Origin: Oligoflexia bacterium
GTDB lineage: Bacteria > Bdellovibrionota > UBA1018
Direction: 5' to 3'
Assembly: GCA_043732485.1 (NCBI GenBank)
Contig: JAYTHP010000073.1
Coordinates: 1 to 37,065, forward strand
DNA length: 37,065 nucleotides
Part shown: one piece after another, positions 1 through 11,564 of the stretch
How positions within the stretch are numbered: position 1 is the stretch's first letter
Layout: the number at the start of each line of letters is the position of its first letter
The notes under the pieces: model-generated
The model's input: only the letters and a program-made list of their open reading frames with translations
What the model was told of the DNA's origin: nothing
The model's database searches: none
Translations under genes and position numbers: made by a program

Positions 1-305
1 ATTTACTTTTCCATGAAATTATATATTATAATTTTTATTAACATTAAAATTAATTAAATCACTTCTTTACCCTGATCGTCGCGAGAAGGGCTAAGAGCAG
101 TGGTCAGCCTGACGGCCCCCGGTTACGTCTCTTCTGTAGCGCTATCAAATGCGCGCCTCAAGCCTCTTTCTTACTCTCTTTGCTTCACCTTCCCCCAAGC
201 TTGCTCTGACAGCCACAGCCTCCGCACCGCTTTACCCCTGAAGCTCATCCCGCAAGAAAGTGGATACAACCGTCACAAAAACCTCACAGGCAAACTTCAA
301 GCGTC

Positions 306-345
306 AGAGACTTACAAGAGACTTACAAGAGACTTACAAGAGACT
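306..345. repeat. 11-bp tandem repeat AGAGACTTACA x3.6
   Basis: Exact copies at 306-316, 317-327 and 328-338, plus a partial copy at 339-345. Confidence 0.95.
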
Positions 346-973
346 GAAAACCTTAAAGCCTGCAAACAAGCTCCTGATGGGGGTCCATCACCGACACCCA
401 ACGGCCGCGAGCAAACTATCGACCCCTCGAGATCGGCGCAGACCAGGGAAAACCACGATCACCGCACCTAAGCCCCTGCTCATCCGCTCGCTGTTTTCCT
501 GCCAGCCAGCCCCATTCCCGCCAGCCACTCGGACCCGCAGCCGAGACTCAGCGACGGAAATGGCAAAAAAAGATCGCCCTTTGACCGATCTTTGACCGAC
601 CTTCGCAAAAAAAGCCTGAAGAGCTTGCGCTTCCTCTACCCTTCACCGCAGGCTCTTTCTCCAGCAAACTCGCAACTCCCCCTCAAAAGCGCTATCACCA
701 AGATGGGCGTCCAGACGGGGCGGCGGGAGTAACGAACGGGCGGCAAAAGCTTAGCAAGCAAGGGGAAGAGAACAAGCCAAAGACAACGACAACGCCCGGG
801 GCTAAGGCCGGACCCACACCCCCCAGGCGCGCTCCCCCCGCTTTTTCAGTTTGAAAGCTTTCTCAGGAAAAAGATTCAGAAATTTTGTAAAATTTAGGAT
901 CAAAAGTTTGATTTCTTTTAAATTTCTGGTATACTTGCCCAATTTAAATTTACAATTTTTTGTATAAAAACCA

Positions 974-1966
974 ATGAACAACCGTCTGACCCCCCTCCTA
1001 GCACTGCTGGTCACCCACCCCACAGGCCCACAAGCCTCAGCAGCCAGCTTGCGCGCGGTGACGACTCCTCACGTGGAATTTCAGTTGGCGCGCTCCTCGG
1101 CTTCGCGCGGCACTCACGCGCACCCGGCAAACTTTAGCCAGAACCCGACTGGATCCTTCTCCGGAGAGAAACGCACCTCGCCGCTGCAAGAAAGCTCGCT
1201 CACGCAGTGGACCAGCCGGTTGCGGATTCGTAGTTTTTCGGAATTCATGACTCCCGTGTTTCACGAGTTCTCCAAGCACCAGGTGCCCTCCCCGCAAGGG
1301 GGCAGTGCTTTCACCAGCAATATCTTTAATATTGCCTGGATGGACTATGAAATCGCCCCCCGCTCCTACCTGTTGCTCTGGCAGCGGTTCTTTATCAACT
1401 CCTTTGCCTCGCTTGATCCAGGTGGCCTGGTGGCTGTGGCACGCAACCCCCGTTTCGCCTATCGCCGCACCCAAATCTGGGATCACCCCGACTGGAGCAC
1501 GACGTACGACTTTTATTTACAGCCAGGCTTAGCGCCAGAAAATCGCTCCATGGACCGTACGCTGGAAGTGGGATTCAGGGCGTCCAATAATTTCCATCCC
1601 CAAGGCTCTGACTGGACGCTCGGGCTGACCTTTGAGTTGACGGCTAACCCTCAGTGGACCAGCCCACCTGCCAGTGTGGCTGGCAACCGCGTGGATTACT
1701 ACGGCTCAACTTTTATGTTCGTCGAGCACAAGATCAATGACCTGTTTGCTAGCGAACATTACCTGAGTGTGAATTTTCAGCACTTCCAAGGCAGCGCGCC
1801 CGCCTCGTTGCAACTCGACCTACCGATGCCCTATACTCAAAACGGGATTGGCATCTCTTTGAGTCCCCAGTTTTGGGTGGCGGTTTTTATCAATAATTAT
1901 GTGATCCAGCCGCCCACCCTGAAAACCACCTGGGCCTCGTTGTGGCTAAGCATGACGCTGTTTTAG
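974..1966 (+). CDS. Putative outer-membrane beta-barrel protein (hypothetical)
   Basis: 330 aa. N-terminal signal-like segment (LTPLLALLV), aromatic-rich alternating strands, and a C-terminal beta-signal-like WASLWLSMTLF ending in Phe. Confidence 0.6.
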   Translation: MNNRLTPLLALLVTHPTGPQASAASLRAVTTPHVEFQLARSSASRGTHAHPANFSQNPTGSFSGEKRTSPLQESSLTQWTSRLRIRSFSEFMTPVFHEFSKHQVPSPQGGSAFTSNIFNIAWMDYEIAPRSYLLLWQRFFINSFASLDPGGLVAVARNPRFAYRRTQIWDHPDWSTTYDFYLQPGLAPENRSMDRTLEVGFRASNNFHPQGSDWTLGLTFELTANPQWTSPPASVAGNRVDYYGSTFMFVEHKINDLFASEHYLSVNFQHFQGSAPASLQLDLPMPYTQNGIGISLSPQFWVAVFINNYVIQPPTLKTTWASLWLSMTLF

Positions 1967-1971
1967 CTATT

Positions 1972-2646
1972 TCACTTCACTTCCGGCCAGAGCTCAAGAC
2001 TGGGTACTTCTTTGCGCGCCAAAGCCTCTTTAAAGATCTTGAGACTGTTGCTCTCCTTCTGCCGCAAGGCGCTGAGTTCACCGAGCAACGCTTTTTCTAA
2101 GTCAATTTTTTCGGTCTTAAGATTGGAACTCATCAGATCGCGGCGGGTGATAAAGGCTTGGATGTATTTTCTGCGGGAATGGCCATCCGAGTGCTCAATG
2201 AAAAACGCCTTGCGATCCATCTGCTCTTGCACCAGCCATTGCCGGTGCTTGGATTCTTGCCCAAGCGCAAACTCCTTGCGCTCTTGCAGCTGCTTACGCT
2301 CCAGATCCTTCGTTTCTGCTGCCTGAGCCCGCAGAAATTCTTTTAGCAAGACTTTAGGATCACTCACCTCAGACGGCAAGCGCGGAGGACTGGTGACCAC
2401 AAGCGGCGGGAGCGCAGGGAGCGAGGCGGGGTTTCGGCCACCCCCGTGTTGCTTTCCTGGTCCCCATTTCTTGTAGGGAGTGACGGCGGCGGGTGAGTCA
2501 GCGGCAAACCCAAGCCGCGACGGCGCTGCTGCTGCTGCGATCAAACCCAAGCCACTGAGCGTGAGCGCGACACTTGCGGCAATGAACACTTTGGCTGAGC
2601 TTGCAGTCTTGCGGGTTTCAATCCAAAACTTTTTAGAGGTGATCAC
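1972..2646 (-). CDS. Hypothetical exported coiled-coil protein, last gene of the tgt-yajC-secDF-recJ run
   Basis: 224 aa. Hydrophobic signal/TM (VFIAASVALTLSGLGLIAAAAA), Pro-rich linker, charged helical C-terminal half. Starts 13 bp after the recJ stop with an AGGAG SD. Confidence 0.75.
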   Translation of the reverse strand: MITSKKFWIETRKTASSAKVFIAASVALTLSGLGLIAAAAAPSRLGFAADSPAAVTPYKKWGPGKQHGGGRNPASLPALPPLVVTSPPRLPSEVSDPKVLLKEFLRAQAAETKDLERKQLQERKEFALGQESKHRQWLVQEQMDRKAFFIEHSDGHSRRKYIQAFITRRDLMSSNLKTEKIDLEKALLGELSALRQKESNSLKIFKEALARKEVPSLELWPEVK

Positions 2647-2659
2647 AACTTCTACTCCT

Positions 2660-4714
2660 TCATGTCTGATGTCTTATGTCTTGCGCGCTTTTCTTGCGCT
2701 CTCCAATTTCCAAGGCTCTCCACGCCCTCACTCGAAACGAGGGCGTCAGCTGTCCGCGAAAACGGTTCAGCTCAGGCACACCAGCCCACTCCTGCAACTG
2801 ACTTGCAGCCAGATCCCGCATCGTCTCGGCGTTCTCAGCCACATTAAACCAAATCGCTTCAATCGTTTGTATAGTAGGCTGCGCAGACGTCTGGCCATGC
2901 TGAAGGTGCGGCAACTGATCTTGACAGAGTGTCTGACCAACGAATCGCTCCGTGGTCGCCAAGCCCTGCTCCTCAGCCGTCAGTGACAACTTCAAGTGAC
3001 GCCCCTTTAAAACCCGCTGCTGGCTAATGGCAGCCTGCACCGCAAACACTGGCTCAGGATTGCCAGGACCAAACGGCCCAAGGCGCTCTAATTCCAGCAG
3101 GGTCGGCACCTGTAAATCCTGCAACTGACACGCGCCTTCAATCGTCAAACTACCCGCCTGCGCCTCATACTCCAAAGCACCACAAGCCGCGTTAAAGGCC
3201 TCCTGAAACTCAGCCAAGCGCTCGCCCTTCAGCGAAAGTCCGGCTGCAAAACGGTGACCACCAAAACCCAGTAAATACCCCTCGCATTCACGCAAAGCCT
3301 GCAAAACATCCTTACCGCCGTAGGAACGCACACTTCCCTTGCCCACCACTGGCGCCTGCTCTCCCGCCTCGTTACCCCCCCCGCTCCCCACCGTGTGCTG
3401 AGAGAGCGAAATGACAATGGCAGGCCTTCGGTACCATTCCGTTACCCGGGAGGCCACAATCCCTAATACCCCTTCATGCCAATCACGACTGGCAATCACG
3501 ATCGCGTGCGCATAGAGCCCTTTGGCAATCCCCTGATCCACTTGCACTCGTAACTCATCCCAAATCGCCAACTGCACGCGCGAGCGCTCCTGGTTGAGAT
3601 TCTCAAGGGAGGCTGCCAGCTCTTCCGCCCGCTCGCTATCGTGCGTGGTGAGCAACTCCAACGCCAGACTAGCTGAGGCCATTCGCCCGGAAGCATTAAT
3701 ACGGGGGGCAATCACAAAACCCAAAAACGAAGAGCTAAAATCCCGCGACACCAATCCGGCAGCTTTAAGCAAGGCCTTCACCCCAGGCTTTTGCGAGTTT
3801 TTGAGTACTTGCATGCCATAGCGCACCAAAATATGGTTGTCCCCGGTTAAAGGCACCATGTCAGCGGCCGTGGCCATAACCACCAAATCCAGGTGCTGCT
3901 TCAAGTTAGGCTCAGCCCCTTGCGCAAACCACTGCAACGCCCGCCCCGTCATACGCAGCGCGATTGCAAAATAAAACGCTAGCCCACAGCCACACAGCTG
4001 CTTAAGCCCACTCAAGCAATCCGCGCGCTGCGGGTTAATTACAGCTCCCGCCGGTGGAATCCCCCGCTTGGGATCGACCTGATGGTGGTCAATCACAATC
4101 ACCGCTAAGCCTAGCTCCTGCGCTCGCTCCAGCGCCTGGAAGCTTGTGATCCCACAATCGACGGTGATCAACAATCCCACCCCAGACGCCACCGCCACTT
4201 CAACCGCAGCGACATTTAGTCCGTAGCCGTCTTTAAACCGATCCGGCTGAGTGGCACTCACCACAAAACCCATCTCGCGCAACACCCACACCAACAGCGC
4301 AGCACCTGCCGTGCCATCAACATCGTAATCACCAAACACCAAGACCGGCTGGCGCGTCTCTCGCAAACCCCCGACACCGACAAGCCCGGCACCACTCATT
4401 AGATCCATCGCCCGTTGCATGTCTTGAATCAAAAAGGGACTCGTCAACTGCTCAAGCTTCGGCGATAAGAAAGCTTGGATCGCTTCGACACTGCTTAAGC
4501 CCCGCTGTAAACAAACCCTCACGGTGAGCGCCGATAAACCAGTTTGCGCCCTTAATCTCTCCAGCAACTCTTGAGATTCTACCTCAGAGAGCACTAGCAT
4601 GGACGCAGCACTCCTGCGTTTCCAGTGGCTTGAAGCTAACAGTGGCGCACTCAACTTGTCACCCTCACTGCTCCCCACGCCCTCACTCTCAGGCAAGACG
4701 CAGCAGGTCCACAA
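2660..4714 (-). CDS. recJ: Single-stranded-DNA-specific exonuclease RecJ (DHH family)
   Basis: Motifs GDYDVDG, ITVDCG, IDHH, AADMVPL, PRINASGR, HEGVLGIVASR, GSVRS, GGHRFAAG, PFGPGNPEP. The exact start codon is uncertain. Confidence 0.97.
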   Translation of the reverse strand: MWTCCVLPESEGVGSSEGDKLSAPLLASSHWKRRSAASMLVLSEVESQELLERLRAQTGLSALTVRVCLQRGLSSVEAIQAFLSPKLEQLTSPFLIQDMQRAMDLMSGAGLVGVGGLRETRQPVLVFGDYDVDGTAGAALLVWVLREMGFVVSATQPDRFKDGYGLNVAAVEVAVASGVGLLITVDCGITSFQALERAQELGLAVIVIDHHQVDPKRGIPPAGAVINPQRADCLSGLKQLCGCGLAFYFAIALRMTGRALQWFAQGAEPNLKQHLDLVVMATAADMVPLTGDNHILVRYGMQVLKNSQKPGVKALLKAAGLVSRDFSSSFLGFVIAPRINASGRMASASLALELLTTHDSERAEELAASLENLNQERSRVQLAIWDELRVQVDQGIAKGLYAHAIVIASRDWHEGVLGIVASRVTEWYRRPAIVISLSQHTVGSGGGNEAGEQAPVVGKGSVRSYGGKDVLQALRECEGYLLGFGGHRFAAGLSLKGERLAEFQEAFNAACGALEYEAQAGSLTIEGACQLQDLQVPTLLELERLGPFGPGNPEPVFAVQAAISQQRVLKGRHLKLSLTAEEQGLATTERFVGQTLCQDQLPHLQHGQTSAQPTIQTIEAIWFNVAENAETMRDLAASQLQEWAGVPELNRFRGQLTPSFRVRAWRALEIGERKKSAQDIRHQT

Positions 4715-4726
4715 AAATGCAGCGAC

Positions 4727-5701
4727 TTACACGGGGTTAGCACGGACCATCACAGGCTTTCTCTTCGTCTTACCACCACTGAGCTTCAAGCGGCGGGCTT
4801 GCTCATCATGATAATGAGTCATAATCACCACCAGCGAGCTTGCCACAAAAATCGAGGAATACGCTCCCACCACAATCCCGACCATCAAGGTAAAAGCAAA
4901 GTCTTCAATCACTTTGCCGCCAAACTCCCACAGCGCAAACACCGTGAAAAAGGTGCACAGCGAGGTCAAAATCGTGCGCCCCAAAGTCTCATTAATCGCT
5001 CGGTTCACCGCCTGCTCAATGCTCAACTTCGGATGCATCAGCACCGTCTCGCGCACCCGGTCGTAGACAATAATCGTGTCATTGTTAGAATAGCCAATCA
5101 GCGCTAAAAGTGCGGCTAAGATCTGCAAATCGAACTGCTTTTGCGTTAAGATAAAGATCCCCACCGTCAGCATCGTGTCATGGAGCAGCGCAATCACCGC
5201 ACCAGGCGAATAGCGGTAATCAAACCGCAACGTCACATAAACCAAAATACACACCAAGGCATAAAGCATCGACAAAAAACCACTCATCCGCAAACTGCTG
5301 CCCGCCGCAGGCCCCACCACGTCCACCCGCTGAATGACATAATCGCCAGGCTTCAGCTGCTTCTTCAAAATCGTCTCCACCTGCTGGGAGACTTGACCCA
5401 AAGAATGCTCGTCGCCTTGCGCTTTGATCAAAAACTGATTGCTCTCTGGCGCACCGATTTGCTGGACTTTTAGGCCACGCACGCCCCCTTGCTCAAGTTG
5501 ATCGCGCAGCTCACCGATCCCCCAAGCACTCGGAATGTGCAATTGCACCTCCGCGCCACCGGTGAAATCAATCCCGTAATTTAACCCCCGCGTCCACAAC
5601 AACACCAAGGTGCCCAGCATCGCGATCACGGAAACCGTCATCCACAGCGTGCGCTTGCCCATAAAATCAAACTGCGTTCCTGGCCTGATCAACTCTAACA
5701 T
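4727..5701 (-). CDS. secF: Protein translocase subunit SecF
   Basis: GLNYGIDFTGG, VDVVGP, ALLHD, GYSNNDTIIVYDRVRE, ETLGRTILTS, GAYSSIFVAS. Downstream of secD. Confidence 0.98.
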   Translation of the reverse strand: MLELIRPGTQFDFMGKRTLWMTVSVIAMLGTLVLLWTRGLNYGIDFTGGAEVQLHIPSAWGIGELRDQLEQGGVRGLKVQQIGAPESNQFLIKAQGDEHSLGQVSQQVETILKKQLKPGDYVIQRVDVVGPAAGSSLRMSGFLSMLYALVCILVYVTLRFDYRYSPGAVIALLHDTMLTVGIFILTQKQFDLQILAALLALIGYSNNDTIIVYDRVRETVLMHPKLSIEQAVNRAINETLGRTILTSLCTFFTVFALWEFGGKVIEDFAFTLMVGIVVGAYSSIFVASSLVVIMTHYHDEQARRLKLSGGKTKRKPVMVRANPV

Positions 5702-5945
5702 AGCCTTTTTTCCTGCTTTCCTTAGCTTTCAGTGACGGTGTCACTGGCGATGTCTTTGGGGGAGCGTCCGTGTCGGTATCGTAAAAAGGTCAAAGCGCTT
5801 GCGACTTCTCTAGCCGCCACACCCTTCCCCACCACTTATTACCCACCCCTGAGCCCAAATCGCTCAAAACCTCTTCAGCTCACGACTTTCCTGGCGACTT
5901 TCCTCGTAAACTTCCTCACAACTCTTTTCGTAAACCCAAGACAGC

Positions 5946-7700
5946 TTAAATACTTAAGCGAGCCCGACTCCTCCGCCCCAACCAATTTAAATACACATCA
6001 AACATCAACCGACAGGCAAACACGGAGGTAAACAAGGTCGTGACAATCCCAATCAAGAGTGTCACTGCGAAACCCTTAATCGGACCGGTGCCATAATACA
6101 ACAATACCGTGCCTGCTGCGGCATTGGTCACGTTAGCATCTAAAATAGTACGAAAAGCCTTCTGGAAGCCGGAAAAAACCGCACTTGCCGTCGCCTTTCC
6201 TAAGCGCAATTCTTCGCGAATGCGCTCGTACACCACCACGTTGGAGTCCACCGCAATCCCCACCGTTAAGGCAATCCCTGCGATCCCAGGCAATGTCAGC
6301 GTGGCCTCCAGCGCCACGAGCGCCGCAAGCACAAAAAGGACGTTTAAAACCAACGAAAACACTGCAATCATCCCGCTAACTCGGTAATAAACCAGCATGA
6401 AGAGAAAAACCGCCAGACTACCATAGACCGCAGCCATCGCCCCCTTATGAATCGAGTCCTGCCCCAAGGAGGGACCGACAATGCGTTGTTCTAAAAAATC
6501 TAAGCGCGCTGGCAAGGCACCCGCTCGCAAAACAATCGCTAAATCCTTAGCTTCCCGCAAAGAGTCATCCTCACTCCCTCTCCCCACCGTGATTTGGCCT
6601 TTACCTCCACCAATCCTTGTTTGGATCACAGGCGCCGAGTGCACCAGATTATCCAGCACAATGGCCAAGCGATGACCAATGTGCTCGGCCGTCAAGTGAT
6701 CAAACAAATTGGCGCCGTGCGGATTCAAGGAAAACCCCACAGCAGGCTTCCTGCTCTCAGGATCAATCTGCACGCTTGCGTCTTGTAAGTCGTCGCCGGT
6801 GACTTCCACCTTGGAGTGCAACAAATAGGGCACCCGCGTGGCTTCTTCACTGCTGCTGCCGCCACCACTTGCCGTACTTTTGTTGCGCTCGAAGGCCACT
6901 TCATCACCTTCCGGTAATTTGCCTTTTAAAAACTCATTGAGCTTGCCGACGTAAACCGAAAAAGGCTCGCCTTCCTTATACTTAAGCTGATGCTCGGTTT
7001 CCGTCTTTTCAATCAGATCCAGCAGCTCCTTAGCCTTCATCCCCTGATCATCGACCATCTTAAACTCTAGCCGCGCGGTGCGACCGATTAGCTCCTTGGC
7101 GCGGTCAATTTCCCGCACCCCTGGTAACTCCACCACCACTCGGTCCAGCCCCTGACTGGTAATCGATGGCTCAGACACCCCGAACTCATCAATACGGTTG
7201 CGAATCACCTCAATACTTTGATTCAAGGTCTTTTCTCGCACCTCAAACCGGTAATCGTGCGTCAAACCGAATTGAAAATTGCCAGCTGACGCCTCCTCAG
7301 CCAAGCGTAAGTTCCAAAATTCTTTTTTCACGAGCTGAAGCAGTACATCACGGTTTTGCGGATCAAAAACCAGTTCAATGCGCTGTTCATCAACACCGAC
7401 CCCAACACCCACGCCGTCGCTCAGCACTTTCAGACTGGTAAAGGCCAGTGATTTTTCCTTTAAGCGCTCCTGCAAGGCGCTAGCCTGCCGCTCCACGATG
7501 TCTTGATAAACTTTCTTAAAGTCGATCCCTAAGACGAGATAAAGACCCCCTTGCAAATCGAGCCCAAGATTTATTTTCTGCTTAAAAGGAAAATGCGATT
7601 TTTCAGGATCTAAATTCGCAAGCGTGGGATAAACATAGGCCGCAGCCAAGAGTACCGATAATCCTAAAAAAAACGACTTTCCCCACCATGAACGTGACAT
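5946..7700 (-). CDS. secD: Protein translocase subunit SecD
   Basis: LGLDLQGG, IRNRIDEFGVSEP, VELPG, LRAGALPA, VGPSLG, ATLTLPGIAG, AVDSNVVVYERIREE, TILDANVT, GPIKGFAVTL. Start placed at ATG 7700, which has an AGGA SD, rather than 7781. Confidence 0.98.
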   Translation of the reverse strand: MSRSWWGKSFFLGLSVLLAAAYVYPTLANLDPEKSHFPFKQKINLGLDLQGGLYLVLGIDFKKVYQDIVERQASALQERLKEKSLAFTSLKVLSDGVGVGVGVDEQRIELVFDPQNRDVLLQLVKKEFWNLRLAEEASAGNFQFGLTHDYRFEVREKTLNQSIEVIRNRIDEFGVSEPSITSQGLDRVVVELPGVREIDRAKELIGRTARLEFKMVDDQGMKAKELLDLIEKTETEHQLKYKEGEPFSVYVGKLNEFLKGKLPEGDEVAFERNKSTASGGGSSSEEATRVPYLLHSKVEVTGDDLQDASVQIDPESRKPAVGFSLNPHGANLFDHLTAEHIGHRLAIVLDNLVHSAPVIQTRIGGGKGQITVGRGSEDDSLREAKDLAIVLRAGALPARLDFLEQRIVGPSLGQDSIHKGAMAAVYGSLAVFLFMLVYYRVSGMIAVFSLVLNVLFVLAALVALEATLTLPGIAGIALTVGIAVDSNVVVYERIREELRLGKATASAVFSGFQKAFRTILDANVTNAAAGTVLLYYGTGPIKGFAVTLLIGIVTTLFTSVFACRLMFDVYLNWLGRRSRARLSI

Positions 7701-7823
7701 GTACAACTGTTTCCTTTTCTTGACTAACTTGTCGGGCTTAGACGATCCCCATCTCAGCATACTGACCCCGACCCACCCCAAGCTTTTTAATAATCTTCAC
7801 CAGCGCCCAAAAGCGTCTCCAGC

Positions 7824-8324
7824 TCAGCTCAGCTCTTTAATCTCGCCTTTCACAATCTGCGCCACTTGACTTTTCAGCAGCTTCACGCGCACCTGGTGGG
7901 CGATCTCAAGCGTGACCACCGTCGACGCATCATTGATCGCATGGATCTTACCGATCAATCCCGAGCTGGTCACCACTTCGTCGCCTGCTTTCAGACCTTT
8001 GAGCATCTTTTGCAACTCTGCGGCCTTCTTTTGCTGCGGGCGCAAAACCAAAACATACATCACCCCCAACATCAAAAAAAGCGGCGCATAGGCCATCACA
8101 CCACCACCGACGGGTTGACCCGCCGCAAGCGCCGGGTCGCTCCATTCACTGCTACTTGCGTTCACCGTAACATTGCCAGCCGGAGATAACCCCTGAGCGC
8201 CGGCTGAAGGCCCCAACCCCGCTGGCACGGCAACCGCTGGATCAGCACGCAACAGGGCCTGGTGGTCACCTAGGAAAACAGGGGAAAAAAAACTGCAAAG
8301 AGAAAAAAGAATCGAAAAAATCAT
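7824..8324 (-). CDS. yajC: Preprotein translocase subunit YajC with a long N-terminal extension
   Basis: MYVLVLRPQQKK, LKAGDEVVTSSGLIGKI. Canonical position between tgt and secD, with an AAGG(T) SD. Confidence 0.95.
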   Translation of the reverse strand: MIFSILFSLCSFFSPVFLGDHQALLRADPAVAVPAGLGPSAGAQGLSPAGNVTVNASSSEWSDPALAAGQPVGGGVMAYAPLFLMLGVMYVLVLRPQQKKAAELQKMLKGLKAGDEVVTSSGLIGKIHAINDASTVVTLEIAHQVRVKLLKSQVAQIVKGEIKELS

Positions 8325-8592
8325 ACCTTACCTTTTTAATTGAGCGGCTTTGAACGGTCTGTGAACTGCCAAGGCGCTGATCAGGAAGTTCCAGCAAAGT
8401 CCAGGACCTCCGGCATTAAGTCGGCTTTTCACCCGGGCGACGACAGCGCCGAGGCCGACCCCTTCAAGCATGAAACCATGGGCAGCCAAATCGGTCAAGC
8501 TCTTGCTACTGTCTCACGCATTTGCTGCACCTCGTCAAAGTTCACTCTGAGCTCACGCTGGTCAAAGCCTGATTGAGCGAGTGCCTTTCGAG

Positions 8593-9825
<1,233 letters not shown>

Positions 9826-10466
9826 CTATCACAACACCGCGACAACTCAAGTGCAAACACCTTGAAGTCTTGCGACTTTTCTCTGAGACCCCCCTTGCGC
9901 CCCCCGCCCCGGCCGTTTGCCAGCGGCGACAAGGAGCTGTGGAAAAAGAAAGAGCAAAGGCACGAGTAAAAGCACCCGACAGTCTCCCGAGTGTCTAAAG
10001 AAAAAATGAGAAGGAAGCCCCCCCTCTGGCGCTTGTGGTATTTTGCCGCCTAAAAAACCCCGAAGCTGCTCTCTTTTCAAGACCTCCGACCCCTTTTTTT
10101 TAGGAAAAGCTCAAGAAATTGAGGTGTTTTCCGAAAAAACACTCTGTTCCAATACCGCTATCAGTGTTAGTAAGAAATTACATTTTTATCTCCAAAAACA
10201 ACTCTCCACTGAATAAAGAGTCCCAGCGGTTATCATGGTTTGCAAAACCGGATCTCTTGTCGGACCCTTGTTGTTTTGCTCCTGTTCATTCCCCTGGGGT
10301 GAGACAAGGTCTGTGAGTGCCAAGTTGAGCGCTAGGATGAGGGGTTAAAATGGGTAAGTCAATGAAGCCGCTATCGCTTGCGCCGCCTCGCTTATCCCCA
10401 AAGCGCGAGCAGCACGAGCAGAAAATAAGCACCCAAAGCGGCGGGGTCGCGAAAGATAAGTGACCT

Positions 10467-11564
10467 ATGTTTTTGATCGGTTTATTTTTTTTCTGGAGTT
10501 TTGAAGCTTTTGCCATTGGCCACCCCACCACCAACGCCACCAACGCTTTTGAGTTAGAGCTGCCTGCGACTCCGCCCCCCACTTGTCCTCCAACGGTCGA
10601 CCCGTCTGAGGTAACGGTAACGCTTCATCAGAACCATCCAAGCCAAGAGAGACCAGCCAGCCACCTCAAGCGATCCGGCCGCCCAGGCTTAAGCATTTCC
10701 TTAGAGTCTGAAGAGCCTGATGAGCTTCAAGGTCCCCCTCTGAAACAGCAAGTCAAGCCGCAAGCCCGCCCTTTCGCCGATCCCGATCAGACGACCGCAC
10801 CCACTCTCAGCGTCAGCTGGGATCACTTGCTGGCCTGGAAGGACAAGGCCCTGACTCTGATTTTTCAATTAGGCGCCATCGATAGCTCAGACGAACAGCT
10901 AGAGAAGGCTTTAAAGTGCGCCAAGCTGTTTCAGCTGATCAAACGACAAAACTGTGAGCCACAAAGCGGTCAGCCCTTGATATTAAGAAACCTGGATATC
11001 GAAGAAATTGATCAACTGCGACGCGACTTGCTTGTGAAAGTCATCTTGCGTGAAACGGAGCGAGTGGGTGAGATCCAGCACCCTCAGGTCCGTTTGTATC
11101 ATGAAGAAATGGCCTTACGCACCCTTTTGGCTGCCCGCAATCTGAGCTACCCCCCCCTGGAGCTGTTAAAAATCTGGATTCAAGTCCTTTATGAGAACGA
11201 ACCGATAGACGTCCCGGCAGACTTAAGCGCACTCACCGAGCGGTATTTGAGCCTGGTGCAAGCGAGGCTTGTGCGGTCAAAGGGGACACCAAACCGAGCA
11301 CCAAGCCGAGTAAATGATCAGCAGCACTCCCAGCCCTTCAACCCCCTCTCGTCATCAGGGGCGACTCTAGGGGAATCTCTTGACGCGTCGAACGATGCTC
11401 ACCTCTCCTCCTCCTTTGTATCGTCTTGTTCGACCTCCCACTCTCTCCTTCCCCTTCCCTTTAAATCGACGATCGCCCCAACTAGGTTGGCGCGGATGCC
11501 ACTGAGATCTCACAGCACACACCCCCAGCCCGCCCAGGCGAGGGGCCCTCTTCCCACTGACTAA
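10467..11564 (+). CDS. Hypothetical secreted protein (helical core, disordered ends); may originally have started at 10350
   Basis: 365-aa ORF with a hydrophobic leader ending in AFA. An in-frame upstream segment from ATG 10350 is cut by TGA at 10461-10463. Confidence 0.6.
   Translation: MFLIGLFFFWSFEAFAIGHPTTNATNAFELELPATPPPTCPPTVDPSEVTVTLHQNHPSQERPASHLKRSGRPGLSISLESEEPDELQGPPLKQQVKPQARPFADPDQTTAPTLSVSWDHLLAWKDKALTLIFQLGAIDSSDEQLEKALKCAKLFQLIKRQNCEPQSGQPLILRNLDIEEIDQLRRDLLVKVILRETERVGEIQHPQVRLYHEEMALRTLLAARNLSYPPLELLKIWIQVLYENEPIDVPADLSALTERYLSLVQARLVRSKGTPNRAPSRVNDQQHSQPFNPLSSSGATLGESLDASNDAHLSSSFVSSCSTSHSLLPLPFKSTIAPTRLARMPLRSHSTHPQPAQARGPLPTD

Noticed and set aside
306..345. Repeat as a CRISPR array or iteron set
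   Set aside because: Copies are contiguous with no spacers, and there is no cas or rep gene nearby.
100..595. Overlapping ORFs 100-471 and 260-595
   Set aside because: No recognisable motifs, and both cross an 11-bp (non-triplet) tandem repeat. Probably non-coding.
8340..8576. 78-aa plus-strand ORF or SRP-like RNA between yajC and tgt
   Set aside because: The ORF is antisense to the operon with no motifs, and the SRP core (TCAGG..GGAAGG.AGCAG) is absent.
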